Shown here: positions 24,577 through 38,419 of the stretch, piece after piece | Position numbering within the stretch: the first letter of the stretch is position 1 | Layout of the letters: every line of letters begins with the position of its first letter | NCBI GenBank assembly: GCA_013239625.1 | Contig: MU054187.1 | Coordinates: 17,042,711-17,106,710 of the forward strand | Length of the DNA stretch: 64,000 nucleotides | Direction: 5' to 3' | Source: Lama guanicoe | Taxonomy: Eukaryota | Program-made: the position numbers and the translations under genes | The notes under the pieces: model-generated | The model's database searches: none | What the model saw: only the letters and a program-made list of their open reading frames with translations | Told to the model about the DNA's origin: nothing

Positions 24577-27293
24577 TGTATTCTATTTCCTGCTTCTTCA
24601 TTTTCCCTCGTTTCTAAAAGTAATAATCCCATTTTCCTTGCATTTCTTGTTCTTCCTCACTGCAATTTCTCTAATTTTTCATGAGAAAAAAACAAAAAAA
24701 TTGATCTAATTATCTATACTTGTAGAGAGGGAAGAGCTAAGACTACCTGTCTGTTAATACTTATACCGATCAAGCATGTATTAAGTCTGTACACAATATT
24801 TTATCAGGTTTATGACTTTTCTATGTAGATGACAATGATGTGCTTTCTGAATAGCACTTTCTAGATGTATATTTCAGTCTGTAGACCCTTTGGCTTTCTT
24901 ACAGCTCTAGGTATTTTTTTTTTCTCTTTCCTACATTTGCTCCCTTTGCCCCCAACTTTTCCTTCATTTCCAGTTTCATAAGTAATTCCTCACACGTCTT
25001 TTGGTTTCTCACCCTTTCACCTCATAGTGCAAAATTACTCTTACTCCCCTCCCAGAAAATTACTTTCTCTTTCATCTTGTACCTTTGGCATTCATTTCCT
25101 GTGGGGTTTCATCACAAACAGCAGCAGGTGATGTTAACTGTTTAAAAGCCATGAAAAAATAAAATCGTAGGCATCTGTTGCCATAGCTGAAATAGACACA
25201 TTTGCTTCAAGTGAAGTAAATTGTCACAAACAGATTTGCATTCATTTTTCTTAGTTGATAATTTCCATTATCAAATATTAGCATTTTAAAAAGAGGAGGT
25301 AACCTAAAACACACTAATAATTTCTTTGTGTAGGATTCCTGGCTAACTGGCAAGAATCAGAGTAGCCAGGCTGTAACTTTGAAACAGATAAGGTTTGTAT
25401 CAAGCAACAAATGTGTTCTAAGTACTGTTCAAAATTTCCATTTGACATGGAAGTCCCTTTCTAAATATCCTCTTGGTCTCCAGAATTCTTTTGACTGCTG
25501 AAGCAATGTCCTAACACTGCTGGTCTGAGTTTTTTATGGGCCATTAAGTTGAGTGCAAAAGTCATAAATTATCTGTAAAAGCTATCCAAATTATGGCTAT
25601 CTGTGGTTTTTCGATAAAGGCCAAGAATGTATTTTAAAAAACACACCCCACTGCATGGAAAACAGCCAACCATGGAAAATATGTCTATTATTCCACTTGT
25701 TTAAAATTTTCTGAGCCACTTAAGTATTGCCACCAAACCCGTCTTCAACAAGAAAGTCGTCATCGATGCAGGTTTAAGATAAATATTGCCAATATTCTTA
25801 TTGCTCGTGTTCAACACAGTATGCCATCTGAGAAAGAAAAGCCTCTGTTGTAAAGTTTTTTTTTTCTTTTTTCTTGGAAGAAGGATGATCCACAAAAAGC
25901 ATTTATAAAAAAACACAATTACTCTTTCAACTTCACAAGATCGTAAAACTCCAATCTACCTGAGCTAGACTAATACAGCTGAGTCTTATTAATATGCTTA
26001 CCCAGAGCATTCAGACATCAAAGACAAAAACATCTGTATTCTAAATCAGACTTCATTTTATTCAAGAAATAAAAATTGTGTAGTTCTTTTCATTCTTGAC
26101 AGCTAACAAATTTACTGGATCCCTATGCTTTACGAGTTCTGATCCCTGAAATGTCAGGTCCGGAGACAGTAGGTGCAGCTGATAGCAGCCTTTTTTTGCT
26201 GATTACAATGAAAGATAGTGAGATTATTTGTGTTTCTATTGTATCTCAACGAAAACTATTTTCAATATGCACCTTCCCCTACACGTGTACTCAAACATTT
26301 CTAGAACAGTATAAAACTTAGGATATACCCTAAATAGATTTGGATCAAAGGAAATAGATAAATCGTAAAGAGATGTTTAAATAGAATGTGATACATTATT
26401 TATCTGCTTCTAAAAAATGCATGAAGAGTGTTCAGAAAACAAAATACGTAGTTCCGTATAATAATTACAGAAAAGGGTGACTGCTATGAATCTGAAAATT
26501 GTAACAGTTGTATTCAAATCTGATTTTTCAGCAGAAGGATGCTTTTGATTTTCTCAAATGGGATATTTCTGAGAGTACTAATCTGTGCTTTGGTGAATGC
26601 CCCTGCACTCATTTGTCAGGACACTTGTTAAGTGATTTAATAACACTGACTTATTAACTAGTCAATCAACAATAAAAATGATGAGAAGGCTTTGTGAATA
26701 CTGAATTGAAATCCGGGGTTATAGAAAAATGGTTGCGATTTCTTTTCAGGCTCAATGTCTATTTAGTTTCTGTTTTTTTTAACGTGGTGTGCTCATTAAG
26801 AAATCATGGTGGTTCATCTAAGCAGGTTATTGCAAATATAACTCCTTTTTTTCAACAGCTTACCTTACGCTTTCTACTTACTCTTTAATTAAACTGATCC
26901 AAAAGCTAAAAATGAGTAATGGAGTTAAAAAAAAAGAATGCAAGCAAAATTCTCATATTTGTTTTTAATAAGTGTTTAACAGAAAGAGATGAAAAATTAT
27001 TTACCTTAATTTTTGGTGGAAGAATTCTGTTTTAAAAGTACATGGTAATATTATGAATTAATCAACTATGCAGTGTAATTTTTTTCCAGAAAGTTCAGAG
27101 GTTTCTTACTGTTGAATACTCACTTATTTCCAAGTAGTTAAATGCACTTTGTTTCAAGAGTTGATTTCAAATTATATCATTGCTAAGTTAGTAAGTGTGT
27201 AACATGGATAGTCACCAAATATGGCCAGAGTTAAGCATATAAAAAACACAGCAAGATCTCACTTGGCTTATCCATGTTCTTGAAAGAGAAAGG

Positions 27294-27396
27294 GAGAGAG
27301 AGAGAGAGAGAGAAAGAAAGATTTAGCGAATGGCATTTTTCATCAGTATATCAATATCAAAACTGAAATCTATCTGTCTGTCTGTCTATCTATCTA
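27294..27396. repeat. (GA)n (~27294-27313) and (TCTG/TCTA)n (~27369-27396) microsatellites
   Basis: Directly visible. Confidence 0.85.
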
Positions 27397-29030
27397 CCCA
27401 TTTGTTACAGTCTAAATATTCAGTGTATCTCCTGCTCTTGAGATAGCCAGATATTTTAACACAAAATTGTAGTTTTCTACAAGCTGTCCTTATAAATTTC
27501 AAACAATATTTGAAAATTTCATAAGAATCTCTATAACGTTTACTATAAATAACATTATTCAGCTTGTTTTACAGGATGCTCACTTCTTCTTGATAGTTTC
27601 AGCTTATGATTGCACAGTGATTACGTGGAAATGTTTCAAAAACAGCTCTTTAAAACTTGGGGGCCTGTTAATTTTTCTACATGGCTTTCATATTTTGTTC
27701 AGGGCTCACATTTGTCCTAAATAATACATCCAAATAACCATGCCACATAACTAGCACATAGTAAACACTTGCTAAATGCTTACTTAGGAATATTAAAAAA
27801 ACAAAGGATGAATAATGTATGAAAATATCTAAGTACATTTTTTGTATCAGCATATGGCAATTGTTTTTACATAAAAGTATATCATTTTTGTATTTGTTTG
27901 CATCAATGGAACAGCAACAACATACACAGAAAGTCCCAGAAAAAGTTGGACCATTTAACCGGTTAAATGTTTAAATTCGTATGTTAAAATGAGCATTTGT
28001 CTATTTAAAAACCATTGAACAAATATAATCTGATTATAGTGCACAGAACAATCTAAGTACAGCTATCAAACACAATGATGTAAATGCCAACAGTCTGGGT
28101 TTAACAAGCTTTCCCATCAAATGTGTGCTGCTTTTCCCTCAAATACAAATTAACTTATGTCGAAGAAGACAATTTCATTTTCATATAAAAGTTTGTCTGT
28201 TTATAACTAGTAAGCCTAACCTCTTCATATTGTAGTAAAAATTCAAAGAAACATTATTTTCCTGAATTTTATGTTCTTTCAAAACATCATTAGAACTTGG
28301 CCTGTGCCATACATATATTTAGCAAAATTTCACTGTGTGAAATTCACTCTGAATTTAAGTTATAACTCATAAATCCCCGAAGTTAATTAGAATCACCCTT
28401 TTGTCTTATTTGGTTTTGTTTTCTCTCCTTGAATGATGTAATATGAATGTTTTGGCCGAGTTGCTCTCCCATGTCTTGTCACATTCATTATCAGTCCTTC
28501 AGTTTTCTGTTTGTAACCAATTATTCTTTCTTAGTTTTAATGGTAAGCATGTCACCTCAATAAAAGAAACTAACATTTTTAAGTATGTAAGTCAAACAAC
28601 AACTCTTGCAATAAAGCTAACATAACCATAATGAAGTGAATCATCTCTCAGAATTTGTTATCAAACATGACTCAGCCTGAAGGAAACACGCCCTGAGCTT
28701 GTGCCCCTAAGCTTTGTTCCCATTCAATCAAGCCACAGAGGATGGGCCATCAATTCTCAAAAATTAAACTCCATCTTTACTAAAATTTGATTCAGACTTT
28801 TGGGGAATGTCAAGAACACCCCTGTACAAACACAGACCCACTAGATCCTCTAGAAACCCTCCTTGATAAAGCAGCTCGGTACTCTTAGGTAGAGACAATC
28901 GTCCAGGGGTTGACTTGTGCTCAGATTTTTAAGAATTTGAACAAATGACATTTGCTGAGCATAATTAGTTACTCTCAAAACTTCATGATTTTGTTTTTCT
29001 ACAAGAGACTCATGTTATTCTTGAAAATTA

Positions 29031-29153
29031 GTTATTTATTTTTATTGCATTATAGTTGATGTAAAATATCATATTAGTTTCAGGGGTGCAATATAGTGAT
29101 TCAATATTTTTAGAGCTTATAATTCATTTAAAGTTATTACAGAATAATGGCTA
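29031..29153 (-). mobile_element. Short LINE-1 3' terminus
   Basis: TTTTATTGCATTATAGTTGATGTAAAATATCATATTAGTTTCAGGGGTGCAATATAGTGATTCA...AAAGTTATTACAGAATAATGGCTA. Confidence 0.8.
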
Positions 29154-29167
29154 GTAGATTTTGTTCT

Positions 29168-29285
29168 TTTCATTTTACAGATTCAGATACATTAGGTTAT
29201 TGCCTAAAATCATACAGAGTTACTAAGTGGTAAAATCGGAATTTGTATCTAAGATTTTTGGACTCCAGTGTCCATGTTATTTCTT
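29168..29285 (-). mobile_element. MIR fragment
   Basis: CATTTTACAGAT...TTGCCTAAAATCATACAG...CTAAGTGGTAAAATCGGAATTTG...GACTCCAG. Confidence 0.65.
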
Positions 29286-30054
29286 TCCCCTGCACTCTTA
29301 GGAGCACTTTCTCATGCTTATGAAATAAAACACATTTATTACATAATTTTCAAATAATACAGATATAAAAACACAGAATTGTATATTTATATATGAAATT
29401 AATAATACTCTCCTAATAACATGAGATTTTATTGCATGTTGCTTGACAAGGTGCTTTTTTATGTAGCAATGTGGGTAAACTATTAAATGGTTTCATAGTG
29501 TTTCATCTTGCATTGTATCATAGTTTCTTTAACAATTCCCATATTCATAAACTGGTTTCAATTTTTTTAATCTTAGCTCTCAAGTAATATCAGCAAAAGA
29601 AAGGAAACTAACATTTATTTTTCATCTTGAAATGTTTGGTGTTTTAAATATTTTTTTAATATACCATTTTTGTTGGAAGGGATTTGTAAATACTTGTGAT
29701 ATATGGGTTGGAATCAAAGTTTGTATACATATTTTCAGAAAGAGAACTTATAAATGTAACATTTATACAGATTGGTAGACAATTTCCTAATTAATATGAA
29801 ATAGTATGTCTGTATATTTCATAGTAAATGAAATACATAAAATATTTTGAATTCATATCCGTATTTTAAACATATTTTAAGCATCCCTAATATTTTTATT
29901 AAGAACATGACTAAGGTATATACAACATAAAACATATGATTAGCCACATTGTTAAGTTGTAATAAATGGGAATAATTTTCTTAAGAATATGGAGTCAACT
30001 AAGAGAATTGGAAACTACTCCATGGTGACTCTGAGTATTTAAATACTAGGAATG

Positions 30055-31127
30055 TTCACAGCAATGTATTTTTTAAACCAGCTCCTGAAGTAATGGAAAT
30101 AAAAGCAAAAATAAACAAATGGGATCTAATTAAATTTTGAAGCTTTTGCACAGATAAGGATACCATGAACAAAATGCAAAGACAACCTACAGAGTGGGAG
30201 AAAATATGTGCAAATGATGTGACTGACAAAGGATTAATTTCCAAAATGTACAAACAGATCATATACCTTAATATCAAAAAGAAAAAAAAAAGCAACCCAA
30301 TCAAAAAATAGCAGAAGACCTAAATAGACATCTCTCCAAAGGAGATATACAGATGGCCAACAAGTACATGAAAAGATGCTCAACATCACTAATTGATAGA
30401 GAAATGCTAAACAAAACTACAGTGAGATTATCACCTCACACCAGTCAGAATGGTCATCATTTAAAAAATCTACAAATGATAAATGCTGGAGAGGGTGTGG
30501 AGAAAAGGGAACCTTCCTACACTGTTGGTAGAAATGTAAATTGGTGGAAAACAGTATAGAGGTTCCTTAAAAAAACTGAAAATAGACTTACCATATGATC
30601 CAGCAATCCCACTTCTGTGCATATACCAGGAGAAAAATATCATTCAAAAAGACATATGCACCCAAATGTTCATAGCAGCTCTGTTAACAATAGACAAGAC
30701 ATGGAAACAACCCAAATGTTCATCAATAGATGACTGGATAATGACAATAGATATATATATATATATATACAAGCTATATAATAATAGAATGGAATGGAAT
30801 GCTATATAATGCTATATAATAATGGGATATATATGTTATATATTATATACATATATATATTATATACATATATACATAAAATTCAATACTACTCAGCCAT
30901 AAAAAAGAATAAAATAATGCCATTGCAGCAACATGCATAGCCCTGGAGATCATCAGAAAGAAAGAAAAATGCCATATGATATTGCTACTATACGGAATCT
31001 AAAAAAAAGGGACACAAATGAACTTATCTACAAAATAGAAACAGACTCACAGACAGAGAGAACAAACGTATGGTTACCAGGGGGTAAAGGGGGTAGGAAG
31101 GGATAAATTGGGAATTAGAAAATTGCA
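30055..31127 (+). mobile_element. Lineage-specific LINE-1 fragment (ORF2 C-terminus plus most of 3' UTR)
   Basis: Colinear with 15120-16105 of this window; peptide [20 protein letters not shown]-rich expansion at ~30750-30877. Confidence 0.92.
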
Positions 31128-31282
31128 CCTCTTGGGCAGTGATGGAAATATTAGCTATCTTGATTGTGATAGTGGTTTCATTGGTGTACACATTCGTCAA
31201 AATTCATCAAATTGTACATTTGAAATATATATACTTGACTGTACAGAAACCGTACCACAATAAATGTGCTAGAAATAATAAA
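31128..31282 (+). mobile_element. Old L1 (L1MC/MD/ME-type) 3' terminus
   Basis: GTGATGGAAATATTAGCTATCTTGATTGTGATAGTGGTTTCA...TCAAAATTCATCAAATTGTACATTT...CAATAAA. Confidence 0.75.
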
Positions 31283-31525
31283 CACTAGGAATGTTAACGA
31301 GGGGAATTTTAGCAGCCGATAAATACAGCGGCAGAGTTGCACGTGAAGGATTTTAATCTTCATTCAGTTTCTTACCCATATTTTTATCATGCCTTTTTCT
31401 TGCTATCTGTGAAACACTAATGCCAAATAATTTTTAATTAAATAAACGTTAACAGATTTGTTTTATGTTAATCACAGATTTAAAAAAAAAAGAGTTTGCT
31501 GGCAAAGAGGTTGTAATTCACATTG

Positions 31526-32053
31526 GTGTTTAAGTTATTTCTCTCTGTCTTACAAACCTCCCAAAACTTAGTGTGCAAAACAACTGTTGTTTATTTGCTC
31601 ATAATTTTGCAGTTTGGCAGAGCCTGTCTGGGCCTCTCCTCTGTGTAGTTTGGTTTAGGGAGTTAAACTAGGGTGGATGATCCACATGGCTTCATTCACA
31701 TGTGTGGGGTCTCAGATAGGATGCCCACCAGGGCAAGCGGTTGGCTGGCTTCTTATTCCTCCCCTTTGTAATTGCTCATTCTCTTCGCATGGCTCTCCCC
31801 AGCAAGGCGGTTGCACTTCTTTTCATGACGGCCCTTGTCCATGGTGAGAAAAGTGTACTCTGGCAGGTTTCTTAGGTCTAGGCCTAGAAATGGCAAAATA
31901 TGACTTCCAAGGTATTCTATTGGTCAAAACAAATCACAGGAACAGCCAAGATCCAAGGGGAGGGGAAACAGAGCCCACCCCGTGTGGGAGAGCACCGTCT
32001 GCACACAGGGATGGGGGCAGTTTTTTGGCAGCCATCTTGGCACAAGTTCCATC
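31526..32053 (-). mobile_element. MaLR LTR (MLT1H/I-like)
   Basis: CCCAAAACTTAGTG...TTTATTTGCTCATAATTTTGCAGTTTGG...ATGGCTTCATTCACATG...ATTCTATTGGTCAAAACAAATCACA...GGCAGCCATCTT. Confidence 0.8.
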
Positions 32054-32104
32054 ATAATTTGTTAAGAAATAAGTTCATATTCTTTTTCTGTCACTGTTAG
32101 TGGA

Positions 32105-32276
32105 ATGGTTTTGGGTAAATTCACCTTTCTAAACTTCAGAACCTCAACTGCAAAAAAAGCCTACTGTTGATCTTTATTTTACAATGTTGCTGCAAAAATG
32201 AAATGAGATTATGTATATACAACATTGAACACATGACCAGTCACATTGTCCATTTCAATAAATTGGAATTATTATA
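32105..32276 (+). mobile_element. MIR fragment
   Basis: TTGGGTAAATTCACCTTTCTAAACTTCAG...CTGCAAAA...ATGAAATGAGATTATGTAT...TCAATAAAT. Confidence 0.6.
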
Positions 32277-33799
32277 AAAAGCATAATGTGCAATTCCCAT
32301 TAATCTCAAACTCTTTTAATATAATACAGATTGATAGAATTCACTGATTTCAGAAAATAGTTTGGACAAGTAAGATTTAACTAAATCAAAAGTTTTTATT
32401 TTTAGCCCTGAAAAAGTCTGTTTACATAATGAATTCCCTCTACATTTTATGTAATATCAATAATAGTAGGGTTTAAAATTGCAGCGTGGAGTTGGCAGAG
32501 ATATAACTGCTTAAAAATACTTGCCTACATAGTGCTTGACCAGCATAATTGCTAAGTATTAAATTCAACCACAAAACTTTTTTAGATGGGTAACTATAAA
32601 TAGAAGAGTTAAGAAGACTTTTTTAAAGGCTCTCCAGACACTATTGTAAAACAGCATATTGGAGATTATACTAACACTCTCTTAAACCAACTACTTCTTA
32701 ATAAACGAATGTATACAAAGGATATGAAAATTTCCTTCTTACTAGATGTACATTACATTGGAACACTGACGTCCAATAAAGTCAACATGGAAGGATAATC
32801 TATTAAAATATACATTTATGTTTTATCTCAGGAGTTTCTGCTGTTTTTCCCCCAATCAAGAAACCAGACCTTTGTTCTTTCTCCTTTGCTCAAGGAAAGT
32901 CAGATTGAAAACAAAATCGCTTCAAAATAATTTCTATATCTCTGTCTGCTAAAAGTCACTTTTATTAAGAATTTTATGTCATATGCCTTGAATGGGATGA
33001 GAGAGAAGAGACTAACAGAGTAACAAGGGAGAGAGGAAATTTTTAGCCCAGATTGGGAAACAAATGATGTCTGGGTTCTTTTCACACTTACACAGAAACC
33101 AAGGAGCAGCCTAAGAGAAGAACTAAGAGATCATGATCCTGACCTCGTGTAGGTCCAAGTTTTTAGAATATCTGTGATAATCTAAGATGAACTACGCTGT
33201 ATTATATGAATGAAAAAATAACACCAAGTTCCCCTTCAATGAGAATTCACCCTGAAGGAAAAGGGACTGGCTTAGTGACGAGTGAAAATGCATGACTTAG
33301 ATGGTATTAGGGAAACATTGATTCTGGTCCAATACAGCTGAGGTGTCAAGCACCCTCTGAGCCTGGGGATGTGTGTTTTGGAATAACAGCTGGGTGTGGG
33401 ACTGTGAAAGGGAAGATAGGATCTTGGGTTGGAGCACCTTTCAGCTTGTGCAGGGAAATATACCAGAAGAGCGTTACTGTAACGAAAGGCAACACCGAAT
33501 AGGATTGTGTCGGGCAGGTCGCAGCAGAAATATCCAGTGTCTGATCACATTCTCTTTTTCTTTCTATAGTCTTTCAGAACAGGACCTAAGCCTTAGCACC
33601 AAATAAACCAACTCATTTTTAATATTTTTAATTGAATATATGATTCTGTCAAAACAAAATAACTGGACTTGATGCTAATATGTGCAAGTGAATTCATAAG
33701 CATTACATTGACCATATCAGCTGGCTATGATATACTAATGAAATATAATAATAAAAGTATAATCTATAATAGGATTATCATATGAAGTATAACTATTAA

Positions 33800-33945
33800 T
33801 TCTTAGACCTATTGATATGCACTAATTTTTATTTTCATTTGAAAGTTGAAGACACAGATACCAAAGTAGTTAGGACGTTACCTCAAGGGAACACACAATG
33901 TAGCAAAGTTAAAATGAGAAGCCAGATTTTCAAAACATCACCATC
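33800..33945 (-). mobile_element. MIR fragment
   Basis: TTCATTTGAAAGTTGAAGACACAGATACCAAAGTAGTTAGGACGTTACCTCAAGG...ACACA. Confidence 0.45.
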
Positions 33946-34604
33946 TATTCATGCAGCCACCTTGCAACACTTATTAGAAATTGTATCTGATATTGCTTAG
34001 ACTTGGAAAAAAATGCTTGATGGCATGTAAAGTAAACAATGAACAAAGTTTTATATTTTATATTGTCTAAAATAAGTAAATACATATTTACATATGTGTA
34101 CGCAGTAAGAGACCAAGCATCTTTTCTATTAGAATCGCCTCTTTATCCTTAGGCAGTGGTACATAATAGGCATTCAATAAATATTTAAGTTGTTAAATTA
34201 TTGTGTGCATGCAATTTTATGTTACATATAAATACCCTTCTGGCTGACTATCAGGAAATATACAAATATGTTCTTACGAGTGTTTATACTTAGGTTATAG
34301 GATTGTGGAAATGTGCTGTTTCCATTTAATTTTGAAAAATTTCTTCAGTGGACATACCTTTATTTTATCATAAAAATAAATATTTTAAAATATAAATAAA
34401 ACTACAAATATAACTGATAATAAGATTATCTTATGGAAAGAAAACATTCCTGCAATGCCGCTTAAATGACTGATTCTCACTATGCTTAATACTAGAATAA
34501 CTTACAGTGGCTATGAAATTCTACACATCTAGGCTGAAAGCCCTATTGAAGCATATTCTTAATTAAACAATATAAGGCAAATATTTTAGCCTGTCCAAGA
34601 AAGA

Positions 34605-34741
34605 TTTTTCACCTGTAAAATGGGAACAGTAAAGTTGACTGTGCAGGATCTGGGGGAGGATTAGTGCTGTTTGTTTAAACGGCTGGTTACATTGTCTAGT
34701 ACAGAGCTAGCACTCAGTAAGTGTTGCCGATTACTGTTATT
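34605..34741 (+). mobile_element. MIR fragment
   Basis: TTTTTCACCTGTAAAATGGGAACAGTAA...GGAGGATTA...GCACTCAGTAAGTGTTG. Confidence 0.65.
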
Positions 34742-36499
34742 TAAGACGAAAGGTAACTCTTTATACATGTGATGTGTATGTATACATTTACAATCATAAT
34801 AGGTTTGAAGACCTCCTTGAAATGTCCCTAGTCCTGAGCAAAAGAGCTAATTTTTCATTTCTTTAAATATTGACCCATATGTTATTTCTAAATGTGTGCT
34901 AATTACTGATTCAATTTGAAAAAACCACTCAGTGATGAGAGTAGAGGAACAAATCATACTACTTTTTGCTGTAAAATGCCATTAGAAAAATAGATTCCAA
35001 TTCAAAAGCCAGAAATAAATATTTACAAGAAGGCATGGTCTGTTTGCATTATCACACGTGGAACTCAATGTCTCTATTTCAGTAATTAAAGAGTCAAGTA
35101 GATTCATATGCTTATTTGAATGTTTAGTGCACTTATCTGACTGTGTTATGATTTAAATCAGCTCATGTGATGAAATGGTTTATTTTACAAGTGCTTATTT
35201 AATTGAATCCGACATTTCACATTCCTATGTATGTAATGCATTGGCTTGGACTATGCGATTAATAAAATGTATCTACTCTTTGCTCTATTTCCTATTCTGT
35301 TTTTTAAGGCAGAAAAGGAAATTAAATCTCTCCAAACCTTTTCACCTTTGTGATTTTGCAACTTAAGCTTTAGTAAATTTTCTTTTCTTTGTGTTTTAAG
35401 TTTAACCTTAGTTTCTAAACTACACATATCAGCTGCAGCTCATGTATGTGTTAAGGAGTAGAGTGATGTGCTACAGATTAACCAAATGCATATGGAAGGT
35501 TCCTGTTTGGGTAGTTCTAAATTGTGAGCGGCAATGCTCTGACTTTGAACTTTTAGATTTCAGGTCCCTGAATTGCAGGGTTCTGTTGCTCTTCTAGTTC
35601 AAGCTTCAGAAATAATCAGAGATAATTATATCATAAAAAGAAGACATTCTCTGTTAATAACATTACCAAATTTTGAACAGATCTTATTCATGTCTATACT
35701 CTCATGTTCTTGAATACTTACTTAAATTAATGGAATGTTAAAGCAGTTACTTGCTCTTTATATGTGTTTTGATTTCTGTAAGGGTCACTGTAAAGAGTGG
35801 CATCTTGATCAGTAACAAGAAGGATCAGATAAGCTCAGTTGGCAAGTCATTCAATTGATGAACTTCAACTGATTAAGAAGCAAATAAATAAACCACAACA
35901 GTGACAAAAAAATGCACAGCAACTAAATATAGTCAATCACAGTTAAACACATGGAAGCAAACACTGAAATGTTTATCTGTTTTGGATAGATGTCCCAATA
36001 AAAAGTATATTTTCCAGACAATTGTGTACTATTATGAACATCAAAAGACATCTTGGATTTCTGAAAATGAATCCCTGCTGAGAATAATTTTATTAATTGT
36101 GGTTTATAGGATGGGTGATGAAAAATTGATTTCACATGTACCACAGCCACTTCATAAGATTTCAGAATGGTCCAGGCGTAGTTAACCAGCTTTACTAGGT
36201 GATGAATTCCATCTTACTGGGTTTCCTTGTCTGGTTGTTTCATCATTCTATTCTTCATCCTTCTTGTTAAAATTACACGACATCTGCAGGGTTTTCCTCA
36301 ATTATACTAATATTTGACCACTTCTTCTGGAATTTTTTAACTTTTATTACACACATGCTGTCTGGCATATAGTTCAGACTCTATGTTTCCTGAAGTGAAA
36401 ATGAACAAATACGCTTTTGGAATACAGGAAGAAAGTTATGTTTTGCAAAGTGATAATGTGGCCTTGCTCCTTAACTATTGATAACTGTCATGTGACCCT

Positions 36500-37135
36500 T
36501 ACATCGGGCACTTGAAAAAACCCAATGTCACTTTTGCAGTTTTTCTACCAAAAATGCATGCCTCAAATCTAACGATGAAAAATCTCAGACAAATGAAAAT
36601 TGAGGAACATTCTAGGAAATAAATGGCTTTACTCTTCAAAATGGTCAATGTCATGAAAGACAAAATGTACAGGTTAATGGAAAAACTGAGAAACTCTACC
36701 AGATTAAAGAATGTTAACGAGACTTGAAAATTAAATGTATCTAATGCCTCTGGACTGGAGCACAGATCAGAAAAACAATTTTTTTTTCTAGAGAGAAAAA
36801 TGGAGACTGATACTTGAATAATGTACATCACTTAGACAACAGCATTATGTCAATGCCAATTTCCTGACTTTATTTATTATAATGTGGTTCCGTAAAAGAA
36901 CATCACAGTTTTTATAAACAAGCATTGAAGTATTTAGGGATAAAGACTCATCACCTATACAATTTAGTCTCAAATCGTTCAGGAAAAAAGTGTAAGGGTG
37001 GAGAGTGTGTAGAAATAGAGAGAATGACAGAGACAAAGAGAGTTTGTTAACTTTGAGATCTGGGTAGAGGGTATATATGAATACTTTAAACGAGTTTTTC
37101 AATTTTCACCAAGTTTAAAATTAAATACACAAATT
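36500..37135 (+). mobile_element. L1MC4/5-like 3' UTR
   Basis: CCAAAAATGCAT...AATCTAA...TCAGACAAA...AATTGAGGAACATTCTA...ACTCTTCAAAA...GTCAATGTCATGAAAGACAAA...CCAGATTAAAG...TCAATGCCAATTTCCTGA. Confidence 0.8.
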
Positions 37136-38419
37136 TAAGTAAACATTGGTAAAAGCAAGCTGTTTTCTATTCTGCTTTTCTACTTAACAGATATGACTAA
37201 GACATAAATTTTTCTTAAGCCATCGTGACCACTGTGATGTAAGTCCTCCACTATACCCACCCACAGTCACATTTACAAAGAAAGGATAAAGAAAAGAAGG
37301 GGAATGATTGATTTCACATAAGTAAGGCAGACATTTAAAGGGTCAAAGACAATTCCAGCCTTCAGAAGAGAAATCATGAATGAAGGGTGTTTGGCAGTCT
37401 ACCTTGGGTTCCTGTTGAATTGGTCAGTACATCCATTCTTTTACCACCTAGTGATACTCATTGAGGGACCCCACAGGCTGGGCTCTGTGTGTGCACTGGT
37501 ATTTGTCAATTTTGACACGATTTTATGTCTGTCACCAAGTTGTTCAATTTGAGTGTCATTGTATAAAACATGATATTTAATGCTGTGTGATGATGATTAT
37601 TGCTTCAAGGCACAGGTTGGATATCTTCTAGAAACCTATATTGCTTAAAGGAAGATTATCTTTGATTTGGTTCAGTAGATCTAGTTCAATACTGGCTGCT
37701 CTTTTAATGGCTAGGACACCTTTGATTTAATATTTGTTTACAAGGAAGTATAGATTTCTGTATTTTCTAAAAGCACGTAAGCAAACATCATTCAATCAAG
37801 GAGCCCTTTAAGATTTTAAGGGCTAATATTGCACAGAAATTTTATTTTTGGAATATTTAATTTTTATGTTGTCGATTTTTTTAAAACCTGCGTTTTGAAT
37901 AGCTTTGTCTTTTTACGTAGATATATTTTCAATAAAAGGGTTTCATGTATTAGTTGCCACTTTGGATAAATACAACATTTTAATCTCAAGTAACCTATTT
38001 TAATTGTTGTCCAGATTTTTATTTCTGCACTTCTCCAGTTTTTCTAGATACAATGTAAAACTCATAACAAAATGTTGGCAAAATCCACCTTACAGTATAT
38101 TCTCATTTTAAAAAGATCAATCTTTGAAAAGAATTCTTCTTACAACGTTTAAAAGAACTCACTTCCCAAAGCCACAGTCTTACAGTGGATAAGATTCAGA
38201 AGTGCAAGTTCTTCAAAAACATAAACTTAGTAAACACTTAATAATCTTAATAAACACCACTGATTTTCATTTGAACAGTTCATATGATTTGATTTTATAA
38301 AGTCTTTGTTTCTATAATAATTTCCTTTTAGAATAGGAAATAAATTCTACCTGCTGAATAAATTCATTTGTTTGGAGGGATCAGAATAATGGAGGATATG
38401 CAACTATTTCACCCCCAAA

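Noticed and set aside
25701..25845. Minus-strand acceptor (TTTTCTTTCTCAG) and peptide NTSNKNIGNIYL, loosely like COX1 STNHKDIGTLYL
   Set aside because: Similarity does not extend either side, so no NUMT call; no good donor site and no recognisable protein.
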